In this document: positions 19,017-28,214 of the stretch, piece by piece | How the letters are laid out: each line of letters starts with the position of its first letter | Position numbering within the stretch: position 1 is the first letter of the stretch | Origin: Candidatus Dormibacteria bacterium | Lineage (GTDB): Bacteria > Chloroflexota > Dormibacteria > Aeolococcales > Aeolococcaceae | NCBI GenBank assembly: GCA_049511615.1 | Contig: JBEKXW010000001.1 | Coordinates: 47,517 to 111,516, forward strand | Reading direction: 5' to 3' | Length of the DNA stretch: 64,000 nt | Notes under the pieces: model-generated | What the model saw: only the letters and a program-made list of their open reading frames with translations | Database searches by the model: none | Told to the model about the DNA's origin: nothing | Made by a program: the position numbers and the translations under genes

Positions 19017-20792
19017 CTAGGAGGCGGCGCCCCCGCCCGCCTCGACGGCGACCCTCGCCGGCTCCTCCTCGATCTCGGCGTCCCGCCTCGCCGCGGCGGC
19101 CCGGCGCGCCGCCCGCGACTCCGCCGGCACCAGCGACGTGAGTGCGGCGAGCACGCTGAGGGCGGCTCCGATGGCGAAGGCGATGCGCAGCCCGGCGATG
19201 AAGGCGGGGCTCACCAGGCTCGGGAAGAAGCTGTGGCCGAGCAGGGTGGCCTGGGAGGCAGCCGGCAGGGCGTGGAGCGCCGCCGCCGGCACCAGCGTCT
19301 GGATCGGGTTGTAGCCGAGGAAGGCGGCGAAGAGCGCCGAGGTCGGGGGAACGTGGGAGATCTGGGCCGCCTGCGCGGCGGGGAGCCCCGCCGCGGTCAG
19401 ACCGTGGTTGAGGGCGGCGGGCAGGTTGCCGGCGAGGCCGAGGATGACCAGGGTGAAGAAGATGCCCATGGAGAGGAGCATCCCGGAGTTCTGGAAGGTC
19501 GCCCGGGTGCCGGAGGCGACGCCGCGGGCACCGGCGGGGACCGCGTTCATGATCCAGGCGGTGTTGGGGGAGAGGAAGCCGCCCATCCCCAGCCCCATCA
19601 CCACCAGGACGGCAGCGAACTCCAGGTAGGAGAAGTCCGCGGGCAGCAGCGCCAGCAGCACGAACCCCACCGCGGTGATGACCATGGCGCCGGCGGCGAA
19701 GGGACGCTGGCCGAAGCGGTCGGAGAGCAGGCCGAAGAGGGGCCCGAGCAGGATGAACCCGGCGAGCAGCGGGATCATGTAGATGCCGCTCCAGAGCGGG
19801 GTGTCCTGATAGCTGTAGCCGTGGATCGGCAGCCAGATCCCCTGCAGCCAGATGATCAGCATGAACTGGAGGCCGCCGCGGGCGATGGCCCCGAAGAGGG
19901 TGGCGGCATTGCCGGCCGCGAAGGCGCGGATGCGGAAGAGGGAGATGTCCAGCATCGGGTCCCTGACCCGCTGCTCGTAGAGGACGAAGGCCGCCAGGAG
20001 CAGCGGTCCGCCCACCAGGCCGGCGTCGACCCAGGGATTGAGCCAGCCCATCGACGAGGTCCCGTAGGGCAGCAGGCCGTACGTGATCCCGACCAGGAAG
20101 ACGATGAGCCCGCCGGCGAAGAGGAGGTTGCCGACGACGTCGATGCGCTGGCCGCGGCGGGCGACGGCGGTCTCGTGGAGGGCGATGAAGGCCCAGACGG
20201 TGCCGACCACGCCGACCGGGACGCTGACCAGGAAGACCAGGTGCCAGTCGATGGCGGCCAGGATCCCCCCCAGCACCAGGCCGAGGAGCTGGCCCGCCGT
20301 CCCCGCGATCATGTTGAGACCGAGGGCGAGGCCGCGCTGTTCGACCGGGAAGGCGTCGGTGAGGATGGCCGGCGCGTTGGCGAAGAGGAAGGCACCGCCG
20401 ACCGCCTGGACCACGCGGAAGACGATCAGCTCCAGCGCCGCCTGGTTGCCGGACCCGGGGGTGAGGAAGAGGAGGATGGATCCCGCCGTGAAGACGGCGA
20501 AGCCGAGGTTGTACATCCGGACCCGGCCCAGCATGTCCGAGATCCGGCCGGCGGTCACCACCAGCACCGCGGTGACCACCATGTAGCTGAGCAGCACCCA
20601 GAGCAGGTAGTCGATCTCGCTGGGAGCCAGGGGGTTGACCTTGATGCCGCGGAAGATCGCGGGCAGCGAGATCAGGACGATGGAGAGGTTGATGGTGGCC
20701 AGCAGCGACCCCAGGGTGGTGTTGGAGAGCGCCACCCACTTGTAGTGGGGGTGGTCGCGGCCGATCCCGATCAGCGAGGTCCGGGTGCTCAC
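19017..20792 (-). CDS. MFS transporter, DHA2 (EmrB/QacA, 14-TMS) drug:H+ antiporter family
   Basis: WVALSNTTLGSLLATINLSIVLISLPAI and GRISDMLGRVRMYNLGFAVFTAGS motifs. Its start overlaps the MarR stop. Confidence 0.85.
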   Translation of the reverse strand: MSTRTSLIGIGRDHPHYKWVALSNTTLGSLLATINLSIVLISLPAIFRGIKVNPLAPSEIDYLLWVLLSYMVVTAVLVVTAGRISDMLGRVRMYNLGFAVFTAGSILLFLTPGSGNQAALELIVFRVVQAVGGAFLFANAPAILTDAFPVEQRGLALGLNMIAGTAGQLLGLVLGGILAAIDWHLVFLVSVPVGVVGTVWAFIALHETAVARRGQRIDVVGNLLFAGGLIVFLVGITYGLLPYGTSSMGWLNPWVDAGLVGGPLLLAAFVLYEQRVRDPMLDISLFRIRAFAAGNAATLFGAIARGGLQFMLIIWLQGIWLPIHGYSYQDTPLWSGIYMIPLLAGFILLGPLFGLLSDRFGQRPFAAGAMVITAVGFVLLALLPADFSYLEFAAVLVVMGLGMGGFLSPNTAWIMNAVPAGARGVASGTRATFQNSGMLLSMGIFFTLVILGLAGNLPAALNHGLTAAGLPAAQAAQISHVPPTSALFAAFLGYNPIQTLVPAAALHALPAASQATLLGHSFFPSLVSPAFIAGLRIAFAIGAALSVLAALTSLVPAESRAARRAAAARRDAEIEEEPARVAVEAGGGAAS

Positions 20793-21313
20793 GCTCCGAC
20801 CCCCCGGAGGGCGTGGGTTGCCGCGGTGGGCGCCGTCGTCGTCTCGGAGGCCGCCCCTCCCTCGCGCGCCTGGACCCCGGCGGCCAGCCGGTCGAGCAGC
20901 GTGGCGAGCCGTTCCCGGTCCTCTCGGGAGAGTTCGCCGATGGACTGGGTGATGACCCCGCGCTTGCCCCGGTCCGTCTCCTCCAGGAGCAGCCGGCCCC
21001 GCTCGGAGAGGTGGAGGTCGGTGACCCGGCGGTCCCCCTCGTGGGCGCCGCGCTCCACCAGGCCCCGCCGGACGATCCGCTCGATCAGGGCGGTCGCGGT
21101 CGATGCCGTGATGCCCAGGTGCTCGGCGACCTGGCCGCAGCTCGCCGGGCGCTCGCGGAGGAGGTGGAGCACCCGGAGCTGGCTGATGGTCAGTCCGAGG
21201 TCACCCCAGCGCCGGAACTCGATCGCCTCGACGCTCGCCAGCAGCTGGACCAGCGCGCTCAGCGCTCTCTCGGCCGTGCCGCCATCGGCGGACGAGGGTG
21301 GGCTCCCCCTCAT
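20789..21313 (-). CDS. MarR-family transcriptional regulator
   Basis: ISQLRVLHLLRERPASCGQVAEHLGITASTATALIERIVRRGLVERGAHEGDRRV is a winged-HTH MarR core. ATG at 21313. The track ORF is over-extended to 21475. Confidence 0.85.
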   Translation of the reverse strand: MRGSPPSSADGGTAERALSALVQLLASVEAIEFRRWGDLGLTISQLRVLHLLRERPASCGQVAEHLGITASTATALIERIVRRGLVERGAHEGDRRVTDLHLSERGRLLLEETDRGKRGVITQSIGELSREDRERLATLLDRLAAGVQAREGGAASETTTAPTAATHALRGVGA

Positions 21314-21350
21314 GGTCACAGGGAGAATCTTACGCTTAGAGCGAACTATT

Positions 21351-21392
21351 CGGCAAGGGCGAACCAGGATGCCGGCAAAGGCGAACCGGGAT
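21351..21392. promoter_or_regulatory. tandem 20-21-bp direct repeat in the MarR/MFS promoter region (candidate operator)
   Basis: CGGCAAGGGCGAACCAGGAT followed directly by CGGCAAAGGCGAACCGGGAT, starting 38 nt upstream of the MarR ATG. Surrounding region is AT-richer than the genome. Confidence 0.45.
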
Positions 21393-21443
21393 CCCGCCCG
21401 CGCGGCCCGCCGGCGTGGCGGAGCCATACTCCGTTGCCGCGCC

Positions 21444-22103
21444 ATGTCGCTGCTCTTCTGCGACCTCGACAACACCCTGATCGACAGGGCGGCGGGATAC
21501 CGCGCCTGGGCCGAGCACTACGTGGCCGGCCTCGGCCGCGAGCCGGGGGAGGTCGAATGGCTGGTCCGCATCGACCATGACGGGACGCGGCCCCGCGAAC
21601 CCCTCTTCGAGGAGGCCCGGGCCCGGTGGGGCATCGCCACCCCGGTGACCGAGCTGATCGAGCAGTACCGGAGCGAGTACCCGGCATTCGTCCGAGCCAT
21701 CGACCCCGGGGTCGCGCGCCGCCTGGCCGGCCTGCGCCGGGGCGGCTGGAGCATCGCCGTGGTCACCAACGGACCTCCCTCGCAGCGGGTCAAGGTGGAG
21801 CGCTCCGGGCTCAGCCCGCTGGTGGACGTCGTGGTCATCTCCGACGAGCTCGGGGTGAGCAAGCCGGACCGCCGCATCTTCGAGGCCGCGGCGCGCCAGG
21901 CGGGCTCCGACATCGCCCAGGCGTGGCTGGTGGGTGACAACCCCGAGGCCGACATCGGCGCCGCCGTCGAGATGGGGATCCCCGGGATCTGGCTGCGCAG
22001 GGGCCGCAGCTGGACCGAGACCAGGTGGCGTCCCTTCGCCGTCGCGGACAGCCTGGAGGAGGCCCTGGACCTAGTGCCGCCGGCAGGGGAGGCGCGACGC
22101 TGA
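21444..22103 (+). CDS. HAD-superfamily hydrolase (subfamily IA-like)
   Basis: MSLLFCDLDNTLID (DxDxT motif I)...VVTNG...SKPD...GDNPEADIGAA. Track ORF 18966..22103 is a 1045-aa artefact; only this tail is coding. Confidence 0.8.
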   Translation: MSLLFCDLDNTLIDRAAGYRAWAEHYVAGLGREPGEVEWLVRIDHDGTRPREPLFEEARARWGIATPVTELIEQYRSEYPAFVRAIDPGVARRLAGLRRGGWSIAVVTNGPPSQRVKVERSGLSPLVDVVVISDELGVSKPDRRIFEAAARQAGSDIAQAWLVGDNPEADIGAAVEMGIPGIWLRRGRSWTETRWRPFAVADSLEEALDLVPPAGEARR

Positions 22104-22244
22104 CCCCGCGGGCCGATCAGACGATCGGCGGCCCCTCTCTGACCCGGGATCGCCGGCGCGCCCGGCAGGATTGAGCCGCCGGAGGGAACCGGGCCGGGCG
22201 ACGTCCGCGGCGGGCGCTCCCCGCCCCGGCCAGGCCCGCCGCGA

Positions 22245-23951
22245 TCACCCGACGACGGCCATCTCCGGTTCCTCGTCGGCCACCTCGGCCGCCGCGGCGC
22301 GGGCGGCCTGGCGGCTGCCGCGCAGGGGGAGCTCGCGGAGCAGCAGGGTGGCCAGGAAGCCGAGCACGGCACCCACCAGCGCCACCCAGAAGACGTCGCC
22401 GAGCGCCAGCGACATCGCGCTGTGCAGGGCGGCGACGATCTGACCGAGGTGGGGCTGGAGCGCGGGCCGCGCCGCCGCGGGAACCGCCTGCAGGATGGTC
22501 TGGCCCAGGTTGCCCACCGAGGCGATGTTGTTCTCGGAGAAGGCGCCGCCGGCCGAGAAGTGGGCGGTGAGCTGGCTGGGGAGGTGGGCGGCGCTCAGCT
22601 GCTGGGGCAGCTGGGTGGAGAGGCCCTGGCTGAAGACGGTGCCCGCGACCGCGAGCCCCACCACGCCGCCGACCTGGCGGAGGAAGGTGAGCGTGCTGGT
22701 CGCGGTGCCGAGCCGCTCCCGCGGTGCCGCGTTCTGGATCACCACCGTGAAGACCGACATCGAGGGTCCGATCCCGAGCCCGGTCAGGGCCAGCCAGAGC
22801 CACAGCGTGAGGGTCGAGGTTGCCGGGCTCAGGTGGGTGAGCAGGAAGCTGCCCACGACCAGGACGGCGAGCCCGATCAGGAGCAGTGCCTTGTAGCGGC
22901 CGGTCCGGGTCAGGTAGAAGCCGGCGCCGACGCTGGTGCTGATCAGCCCGAGCAGGAGCGGCCACATCGAGTAGCCGGAGGCGGTGGCGCTGACCCCCTT
23001 GACCACCTGGTAGTAGAGCGGGATGAAGATGACCGCCGCGAACATCGCGGAGGCGACCATGAACACGGCCACGTTGGTGGCGGCGAGGGTGCGGGTGGAG
23101 AAGAGGTCGAGGGGGATGATCGGGTGCCGGGCCCGCGCCTCGTTGACGATGAAGGCCGCCATGAGCAGGGCCCCGAGCAGGATCAGCCCACCCACCCGCC
23201 AGTCGGTCCAGCCGTAGAGGCTCCCGCTCGCGGTGGTGAGCCCCTTGAAGGTGAGGCCGAGCAGGATGGGCACCACCCCCACCGTGAAGATCGCGATCCC
23301 CGAGAAGTCCAGGTCGCGCAGCCGGGCGGCGGTGGTCCTGAGGTTGGGGAGGCGGGTGTAGATGGCGTAGAGGGCCACCATCCCCACCGGCACGTTGACG
23401 TAGAAGATCCAGTGCCAGCTGATGTCGTCGGTGATGATCCCGCCGAGGAAAGGTCCGACGATGAAGCTGATCCCGAAGACGGCTCCGAACAGCCCCTGGT
23501 AGCGACCCCGCTCGCGGGGGGTGAAGAGGTCCCCCACCACCGCCAGGGAGATCGGGAAGAGCGCCCCGGCGCCGCATCCCTGCAGGGCTCGGAAGGCGAT
23601 CAGCTCCCCCATGCTCTGGGAAAGCCCGGAGAGTGCGGAGCCGGCCAGGAAGATGAGGATCCCGACGATCAGCATCCGCTGCCTTCCGAAGACGTCGCCG
23701 AGCTTGCCGTAGATCGGCACCGTGATCGTGCTGGTGAGCAGGTAGGCGGTGACCACCCAGGTGTAGAGGTCGCTGCCCTTGAGGTCGCTGACGATCCGGG
23801 GGAGGGCGACCCCGACGATGGTCTGGTCCAGGGCGCTCAGGAAGAGGCCGAGGAGGACCGCCACCATGACGATCAGCTTCTCCCGGGTGGGCAGGTCGAG
23901 GGTGGCGTGCTCGGTCCTGGCGGGGAGAGGGGCGCTCACGCGCTCCGACAC
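22245..23951 (-). CDS. MFS transporter, DHA2 (EmrB-like) family
   Basis: LGLFLSALDQTIVGVALPRIVSDL and YGKLGDVFGRQRMLIVGI motifs, 14 predicted TMS. GTG at 23951 chosen to keep TM1 intact. Confidence 0.8.
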   Translation of the reverse strand: MSERVSAPLPARTEHATLDLPTREKLIVMVAVLLGLFLSALDQTIVGVALPRIVSDLKGSDLYTWVVTAYLLTSTITVPIYGKLGDVFGRQRMLIVGILIFLAGSALSGLSQSMGELIAFRALQGCGAGALFPISLAVVGDLFTPRERGRYQGLFGAVFGISFIVGPFLGGIITDDISWHWIFYVNVPVGMVALYAIYTRLPNLRTTAARLRDLDFSGIAIFTVGVVPILLGLTFKGLTTASGSLYGWTDWRVGGLILLGALLMAAFIVNEARARHPIIPLDLFSTRTLAATNVAVFMVASAMFAAVIFIPLYYQVVKGVSATASGYSMWPLLLGLISTSVGAGFYLTRTGRYKALLLIGLAVLVVGSFLLTHLSPATSTLTLWLWLALTGLGIGPSMSVFTVVIQNAAPRERLGTATSTLTFLRQVGGVVGLAVAGTVFSQGLSTQLPQQLSAAHLPSQLTAHFSAGGAFSENNIASVGNLGQTILQAVPAAARPALQPHLGQIVAALHSAMSLALGDVFWVALVGAVLGFLATLLLRELPLRGSRQAARAAAAEVADEEPEMAVVG

Positions 23952-24069
23952 GTCGAATCTCCTGGGGTGTGGGCTCCGCCCTCTAGTGTGCAGCCTCCGC
24001 GGTTCGCGGCGGCTTCCGCCGGCCCGGATCGCGTGATTCCGCCCAGGCGCGCCGGGTACACTGAGCCCG

Positions 24070-24528
24070 ATGAGGTCGCCCACGCCCACGGCGCCGCGCA
24101 ACGGCGAGGCGGCGACCCGGGAGACGATCCGTGCCGCCGGACTCCGGGCCACGCCGCAGCGGCTGGCCGTCCTGGCCGTCGCCGCCAGGGCCGGGGGAGC
24201 CCATCTCAGCGCCGAGGACGTCTGGCAGCGGCTCCGTCAGGGCACCGGGGAGATGGATCGCTCCACCGTCTACCGGGTCCTTGCCGATCTCACCGAGGCG
24301 GGGTTGCTGGAGCAGGTCCGGCTCGGCGACGGCGTCGCTCGCTTCGAGATCCAGGAGGTGGCGCACCACCACGCCGTCTGCACGCGCTGCGGCGCCACCG
24401 AGGACGTGAGCGTGGAGGCGGTCCACGCCCTGGCCTCTCGACTGCGCCGGGAGACCGGCTTCTCGCTCGCCCACCACCCCCTCCTTCTGCCGGGGCTGTG
24501 CGCCACCTGCGCCGCCTCGAGGACCTGA
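24070..24528 (+). CDS. Fur-family metalloregulator (Fur/Zur/PerR-like)
   Basis: RATPQRLAVLAVAARAGGAHLSAEDVWQRL...STVYRVLADLTEAGLLEQV, a HHHAVCTRCG metal site and C-terminal CATC. Divergent from the MFS pump. Confidence 0.8.
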   Translation: MRSPTPTAPRNGEAATRETIRAAGLRATPQRLAVLAVAARAGGAHLSAEDVWQRLRQGTGEMDRSTVYRVLADLTEAGLLEQVRLGDGVARFEIQEVAHHHAVCTRCGATEDVSVEAVHALASRLRRETGFSLAHHPLLLPGLCATCAASRT

Positions 24529-24829
24529 GGCGGCACGTTGCAGCTGCGAGGTTGTTCTGTCACTGCGTGTTAGCAGGCCAGGGACGGGGCACGCCGTATG
24601 TTGACGTGGTCGCCGTGCCTTCCAGCCCCCGGCTGGGGCGGTCCCCGGAGTGCTAGCCGTGCAGATCGGTCGGGGGGTCTCCCCCCCATCGCCCCTCGGG
24701 GGGGCCCGGAGCTGGCTGCGCGGCCGGGCTGAGGAGCCGCAGGCACCCCGCGCCGCCGCGCCCCGGGCCGGTCCGCTGCCGCTCCAGGTCCAGGCGTTCC
24801 CTCCCCCGCGCAAGGTGAACCTGCTCGTC

Positions 24830-25237
24830 ATGAGCAATAGCGATCTGGAGCGGCACCTGACCGGTCTCTTTGGCCGTCGCGGATACACGGTGTGGCCCGT
24901 GCCCAGCCGTGGCGAGGTGGGGGCCGCGCTGCTCATCTGCCGCGGCGACCAGGGCGTGGCCGTCCAGGTCAAGCGCTGGAACGCCCCCCTCGGTCCGGAG
25001 GTGGTCCGGGCCGTGCTCGCCGCGGTCACTCACCACGCCGGCACGCTGGGCCGCCTCGGCTGCACGCAGATCGGTGGCATGGTCGTCGCCACCGCGCCCT
25101 TCACCCCGGAGACCCGGGAGCTCGCCGCCGAGTCCGGGGTCCTGCTCTGGGACCGCCAGGAGCTGGAGACCCAGCTCGAGGCCGACCTCGCCCAGTCCGG
25201 TGGCGGCGGGGCGCGGCCGGCTCCGCACGGCCGCTGA
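24830..25237 (+). CDS. small restriction-endonuclease (Mrr_cat-like) domain protein
   Basis: LTGLFGRRGYTVWPVPSRGEVGAALLICRGDQGVAVQVKRWNAPLGPEVVRAVL...GMVVATAPFTPETRELAAESGVLLWD matches the Mrr catalytic-domain pattern (D..(Q/E)xK, then 'type IV' tail). ATG at 24830. No Mrr_N. Confidence 0.55.
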   Translation: MSNSDLERHLTGLFGRRGYTVWPVPSRGEVGAALLICRGDQGVAVQVKRWNAPLGPEVVRAVLAAVTHHAGTLGRLGCTQIGGMVVATAPFTPETRELAAESGVLLWDRQELETQLEADLAQSGGGGARPAPHGR

Positions 25238-25400
25238 GCTCGGCATCCAGGCCGGCTGCCGCGCGGCCGGCAGCGGGCGGCTCGGGGCGAGCCAGGTTCT
25301 TCGGGGCCGATCCAGCGCCACTCCACGGCGATGGCTGGCCCCATGGCCGGTGGTCGGGGCGCGGCGCCGCCGGGGACGACCCGGGGGAGCCGTGGGCGGG

Positions 25401-26834
25401 CTAACCTCCCCCGCCGCCGATCCGCCCCGGCGACGGCGCGGTCATCGCCTCCGGGTCGAGCAGCTCGTCCAGCTCCTCGTCGGTGAGCGAGGTCCGCTCG
25501 CGGGCCACCTCGCGCACCGTGCGCCCGGTGGCGAAGGCCTCCTTAGCGATCTTGGCGGCGCTGTCGTAGCCGATCCGGGGGGCGAGCCCGGTGCAGGTCA
25601 TCAGGCCCTGCTCCACCAGACGCGGGCCGTTGCCGGTGGCGGTGATCCCGTCGACCGCCTGGCTCGCGAAGTTGGCGGCCGCCGCGGCCAGGATGCCGAT
25701 CGACTCGAGAAGGCCGTGCGCGGCCACCGGCATCATCACGTTGAGCTCGAGGAGGGAGCCGGCCGCCCCCGCGAACGCCACGGTGGCGTCGTTGCCCACC
25801 ACCTGGGCGGCCACCATGGTGAGCGACTCGGCGATGACCGGGTTCACCTTGCCCGGCATGATCGATGAGCCCGGCTGCACCTCCGGCAGGGCGATCTCGG
25901 CGATGCCGGCGCGGGGGCCGCAGGCGATCAGGCGGATGTCGGCGGCGATGGCGTAGAGGGAGACGGCGACGCTGCGCAGGGCGCCGTGCGCGGCGACGAC
26001 TCCGTCCAGGGTGGCCTGGGCCTGGAAGTGGTTGTCGGTCTCCCGGAAGGGGAGGTCGCAGCTCGCCGCCAGCCCGGCGATGACCCGACCGGCGAACTGG
26101 GGATGGGAGTTGACCCCGGTGCCGACGGCCGTCCCGCCGAGGGCCAGCTCGCAGAGCTCGTCGAGGGCCTGGTGGCAGCGGCGCTGAGCCCGCTCCACCT
26201 GCCCCGCCCAGCCCAGGAACTCCTGGCCGAGCCGGATCGGGGTGGCGTCCTGGAGGTGGGTGCGGCCGGTCTTGACCACCGGCCAGAGCTCGCGGCTCTT
26301 GGCCCGGAGCGAGGCCTCCAGGGTGGCGAGCGCGGGCAGGAGGTCCCGCGCGAGCATCACCGCGCCGGCGACATGGATCGCGGTGGGGATCACGTCGTTG
26401 GACGACTGGCAGAGGTTGACGTGGTCGTTGGGGTGGACGGGCGTGCGCGACCCGAGGCTGCCGCCGAGCAGCTCGATCGCCCGGTTCCCGATCACCTCGT
26501 TGGCGTTCATGTTGGTGGAGGTGCCGCTCCCGGTCTGGAACACGTCGACCACGAACTGGGCGTCGAACCCTCCGCCGGCCACCTCCCCGGCGGCCTGGGC
26601 GATCGCCGCGCTCAGCCGGGGGTCGAGCAGCCCCAGCTCGGCGTTGACGATGGCGGCCTGCTGCTTGATCAGACCGAGAGCGCGGATGAAATCACGCGGG
26701 AGCCGCAGCGGGCTGATCGGGAAGTTGAGCCTCGCCCTCATGGTGCTGGCGCCGTAGTAGGCGTCGGCGGGGACCTCCAGCTCGCCCATCGAGTCGCGCT
26801 CACGGCGGGAGGAGGACACGCTGTCCCCGCCCAT
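25401..26834 (-). CDS. class II fumarase / aspartate ammonia-lyase family enzyme (AspA-like)
   Basis: VPADAYYGASTMRA...TGSGTSTNMNANEV...GSSIMPGKVNP is the signature of this lyase family. The AYYG variant is closer to AspA than FumC. Confidence 0.85.
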   Translation of the reverse strand: MGGDSVSSSRRERDSMGELEVPADAYYGASTMRARLNFPISPLRLPRDFIRALGLIKQQAAIVNAELGLLDPRLSAAIAQAAGEVAGGGFDAQFVVDVFQTGSGTSTNMNANEVIGNRAIELLGGSLGSRTPVHPNDHVNLCQSSNDVIPTAIHVAGAVMLARDLLPALATLEASLRAKSRELWPVVKTGRTHLQDATPIRLGQEFLGWAGQVERAQRRCHQALDELCELALGGTAVGTGVNSHPQFAGRVIAGLAASCDLPFRETDNHFQAQATLDGVVAAHGALRSVAVSLYAIAADIRLIACGPRAGIAEIALPEVQPGSSIMPGKVNPVIAESLTMVAAQVVGNDATVAFAGAAGSLLELNVMMPVAAHGLLESIGILAAAAANFASQAVDGITATGNGPRLVEQGLMTCTGLAPRIGYDSAAKIAKEAFATGRTVREVARERTSLTDEELDELLDPEAMTAPSPGRIGGGGG

Positions 26835-27946
26835 CAGTGTCGCTCGCCCGCGGGCACGCTGATCTCGAACTCGGCACCCTTGCCGGGTTCCGAGCGGGCG
26901 GTCACGCTGCCGCCGTGGCGCTCGGCCACGGTCTTGACGATGTAGAGGCCGAGCCCGCTGCCGGGGACCTTGCGGTGGCGTTCGGCGACCGAGCGGTAGT
27001 ACTTCTCGAAGAGCTTGTCGCCGTCCTCGGGCACGAAGCCGGGTCCCTGGTCCCGGACCGCGATGTGCACCTGGTGGTCCTGTTCCCAGCCCCGGACCGT
27101 GATCGTGGAGCCGTCCGGCGAGTGCTTGACGGCGTTGCCCAGGATGTTGGTCAGGGCCAGGGTCAGCCGGCGCTTGTCGCCCCGGAAGGTGATCTCGGAC
27201 GACACCTCCTGGACCACCGTCAGGGCGCGGAGCTTGGCCTCCATCGTCACCGTCTCGACGCCCCCGCTGAGCAGGTCGGCGAGGCTGATCGGCTCGATGG
27301 TCAGCTTGTCGTCGGGGTCCTCCAGCCGCGACAGCTCGGCGAGGGCGTTGACCATCCGCACCATCATCTCGGTGCTCGCCGTGATCCCGTCGATGGCCAC
27401 GGTCGCCGTGTCCGGCATCTGGCCCAGCATGCCCGTGGAGAGCAGCTGGCCATAGCTGTTGAGGATGGTCAGCGGCCGGCGCAGCTCGTGCATGGTGATG
27501 GAGAGAGAGGTCCCCCGCGCGCTGCTCGCCGTGTTCATGGCCGAGATCTGCTGAGCCAGCCGCCGGGCCACGGTCACGCTCAGGCGGGTGGCGATGGAGG
27601 TCAGGTCCTCCGCCGCGTCCAGCGCGAGCGAGAGCTGGGAGGCGGTGTCGAGGCCGGTCTCGACCGCGACCTTGGCGGTCGCCGGGCGGAGGGCGGCGAG
27701 ATGGAGCAGGGCCTTCTCCAGGTGCTGGTCCAGCTCGAACGCCCGGTCGAAGTCGACCTCGTAGAAGGCCATCAGGGGGCTCAGGTCGTCCGCCGAGAGC
27801 GCCACCAGGACCGCGCTCAGGAAGTGGCGCGGTCCCCGGCTGCCGCCGGAGGCCCGCTGCTCAGGTGCGCTCCCCTGCAGTTGAGCCCAGATCTCCGCGA
27901 CGCGCTCGGAATGGGCGGCCAGGAAGTCGGCGAGCTGCCCGGTCAT
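26834..27946 (-). CDS. cytoplasmic sensor histidine kinase (HisKA/HATPase_c), no adjacent response regulator
   Basis: MHELRRPLTILNSY (H-box)...NILGNAVKHSP (N)...DQGPGF (G1)...GSGLGLYIV (G2). No TM helix. ATG at 27946. Its stop (TGA) shares one nt with the downstream lyase ATG. Confidence 0.8.
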   Translation of the reverse strand: MTGQLADFLAAHSERVAEIWAQLQGSAPEQRASGGSRGPRHFLSAVLVALSADDLSPLMAFYEVDFDRAFELDQHLEKALLHLAALRPATAKVAVETGLDTASQLSLALDAAEDLTSIATRLSVTVARRLAQQISAMNTASSARGTSLSITMHELRRPLTILNSYGQLLSTGMLGQMPDTATVAIDGITASTEMMVRMVNALAELSRLEDPDDKLTIEPISLADLLSGGVETVTMEAKLRALTVVQEVSSEITFRGDKRRLTLALTNILGNAVKHSPDGSTITVRGWEQDHQVHIAVRDQGPGFVPEDGDKLFEKYYRSVAERHRKVPGSGLGLYIVKTVAERHGGSVTARSEPGKGAEFEISVPAGERH

Positions 27947-28214
27947 ATCCGGCCGAGTGTACTCGCGCCCGCCGCGAACGGCTCTGATGGTCGGGATGAA
28001 GGTCTTCGCGGCTCTGGAAGCCCCAGAAGCCGCGGCCCGGCGGTGGATGCCGCCGGCGCCGGCCGCGGCTCGCCGTCGGAGACCGAACGGATACCGGCGC
28101 CGCCAGCGGCGCACGGGCAGCCGCCGCGGGTGGCGTGCCCGGGATCGCTCGTCCCAAGGTGTGCGTCGCCGCCAGGGCCCGCCGCAGCGGCCCCAGGGCT
28201 CGCCCCTCTGCCGC

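Noticed and set aside
18966-22103. 1045-aa plus-strand ORF spanning the MFS and MarR region
   Set aside because: It runs antisense to a well-supported MFS transporter and MarR gene. Its translation is Gly/Arg/Asp/Pro-rich low-complexity, typical of non-coding frames in 72% GC DNA. Only its C-terminal 219 aa (HAD hydrolase, 21444..22103) has protein-family character.
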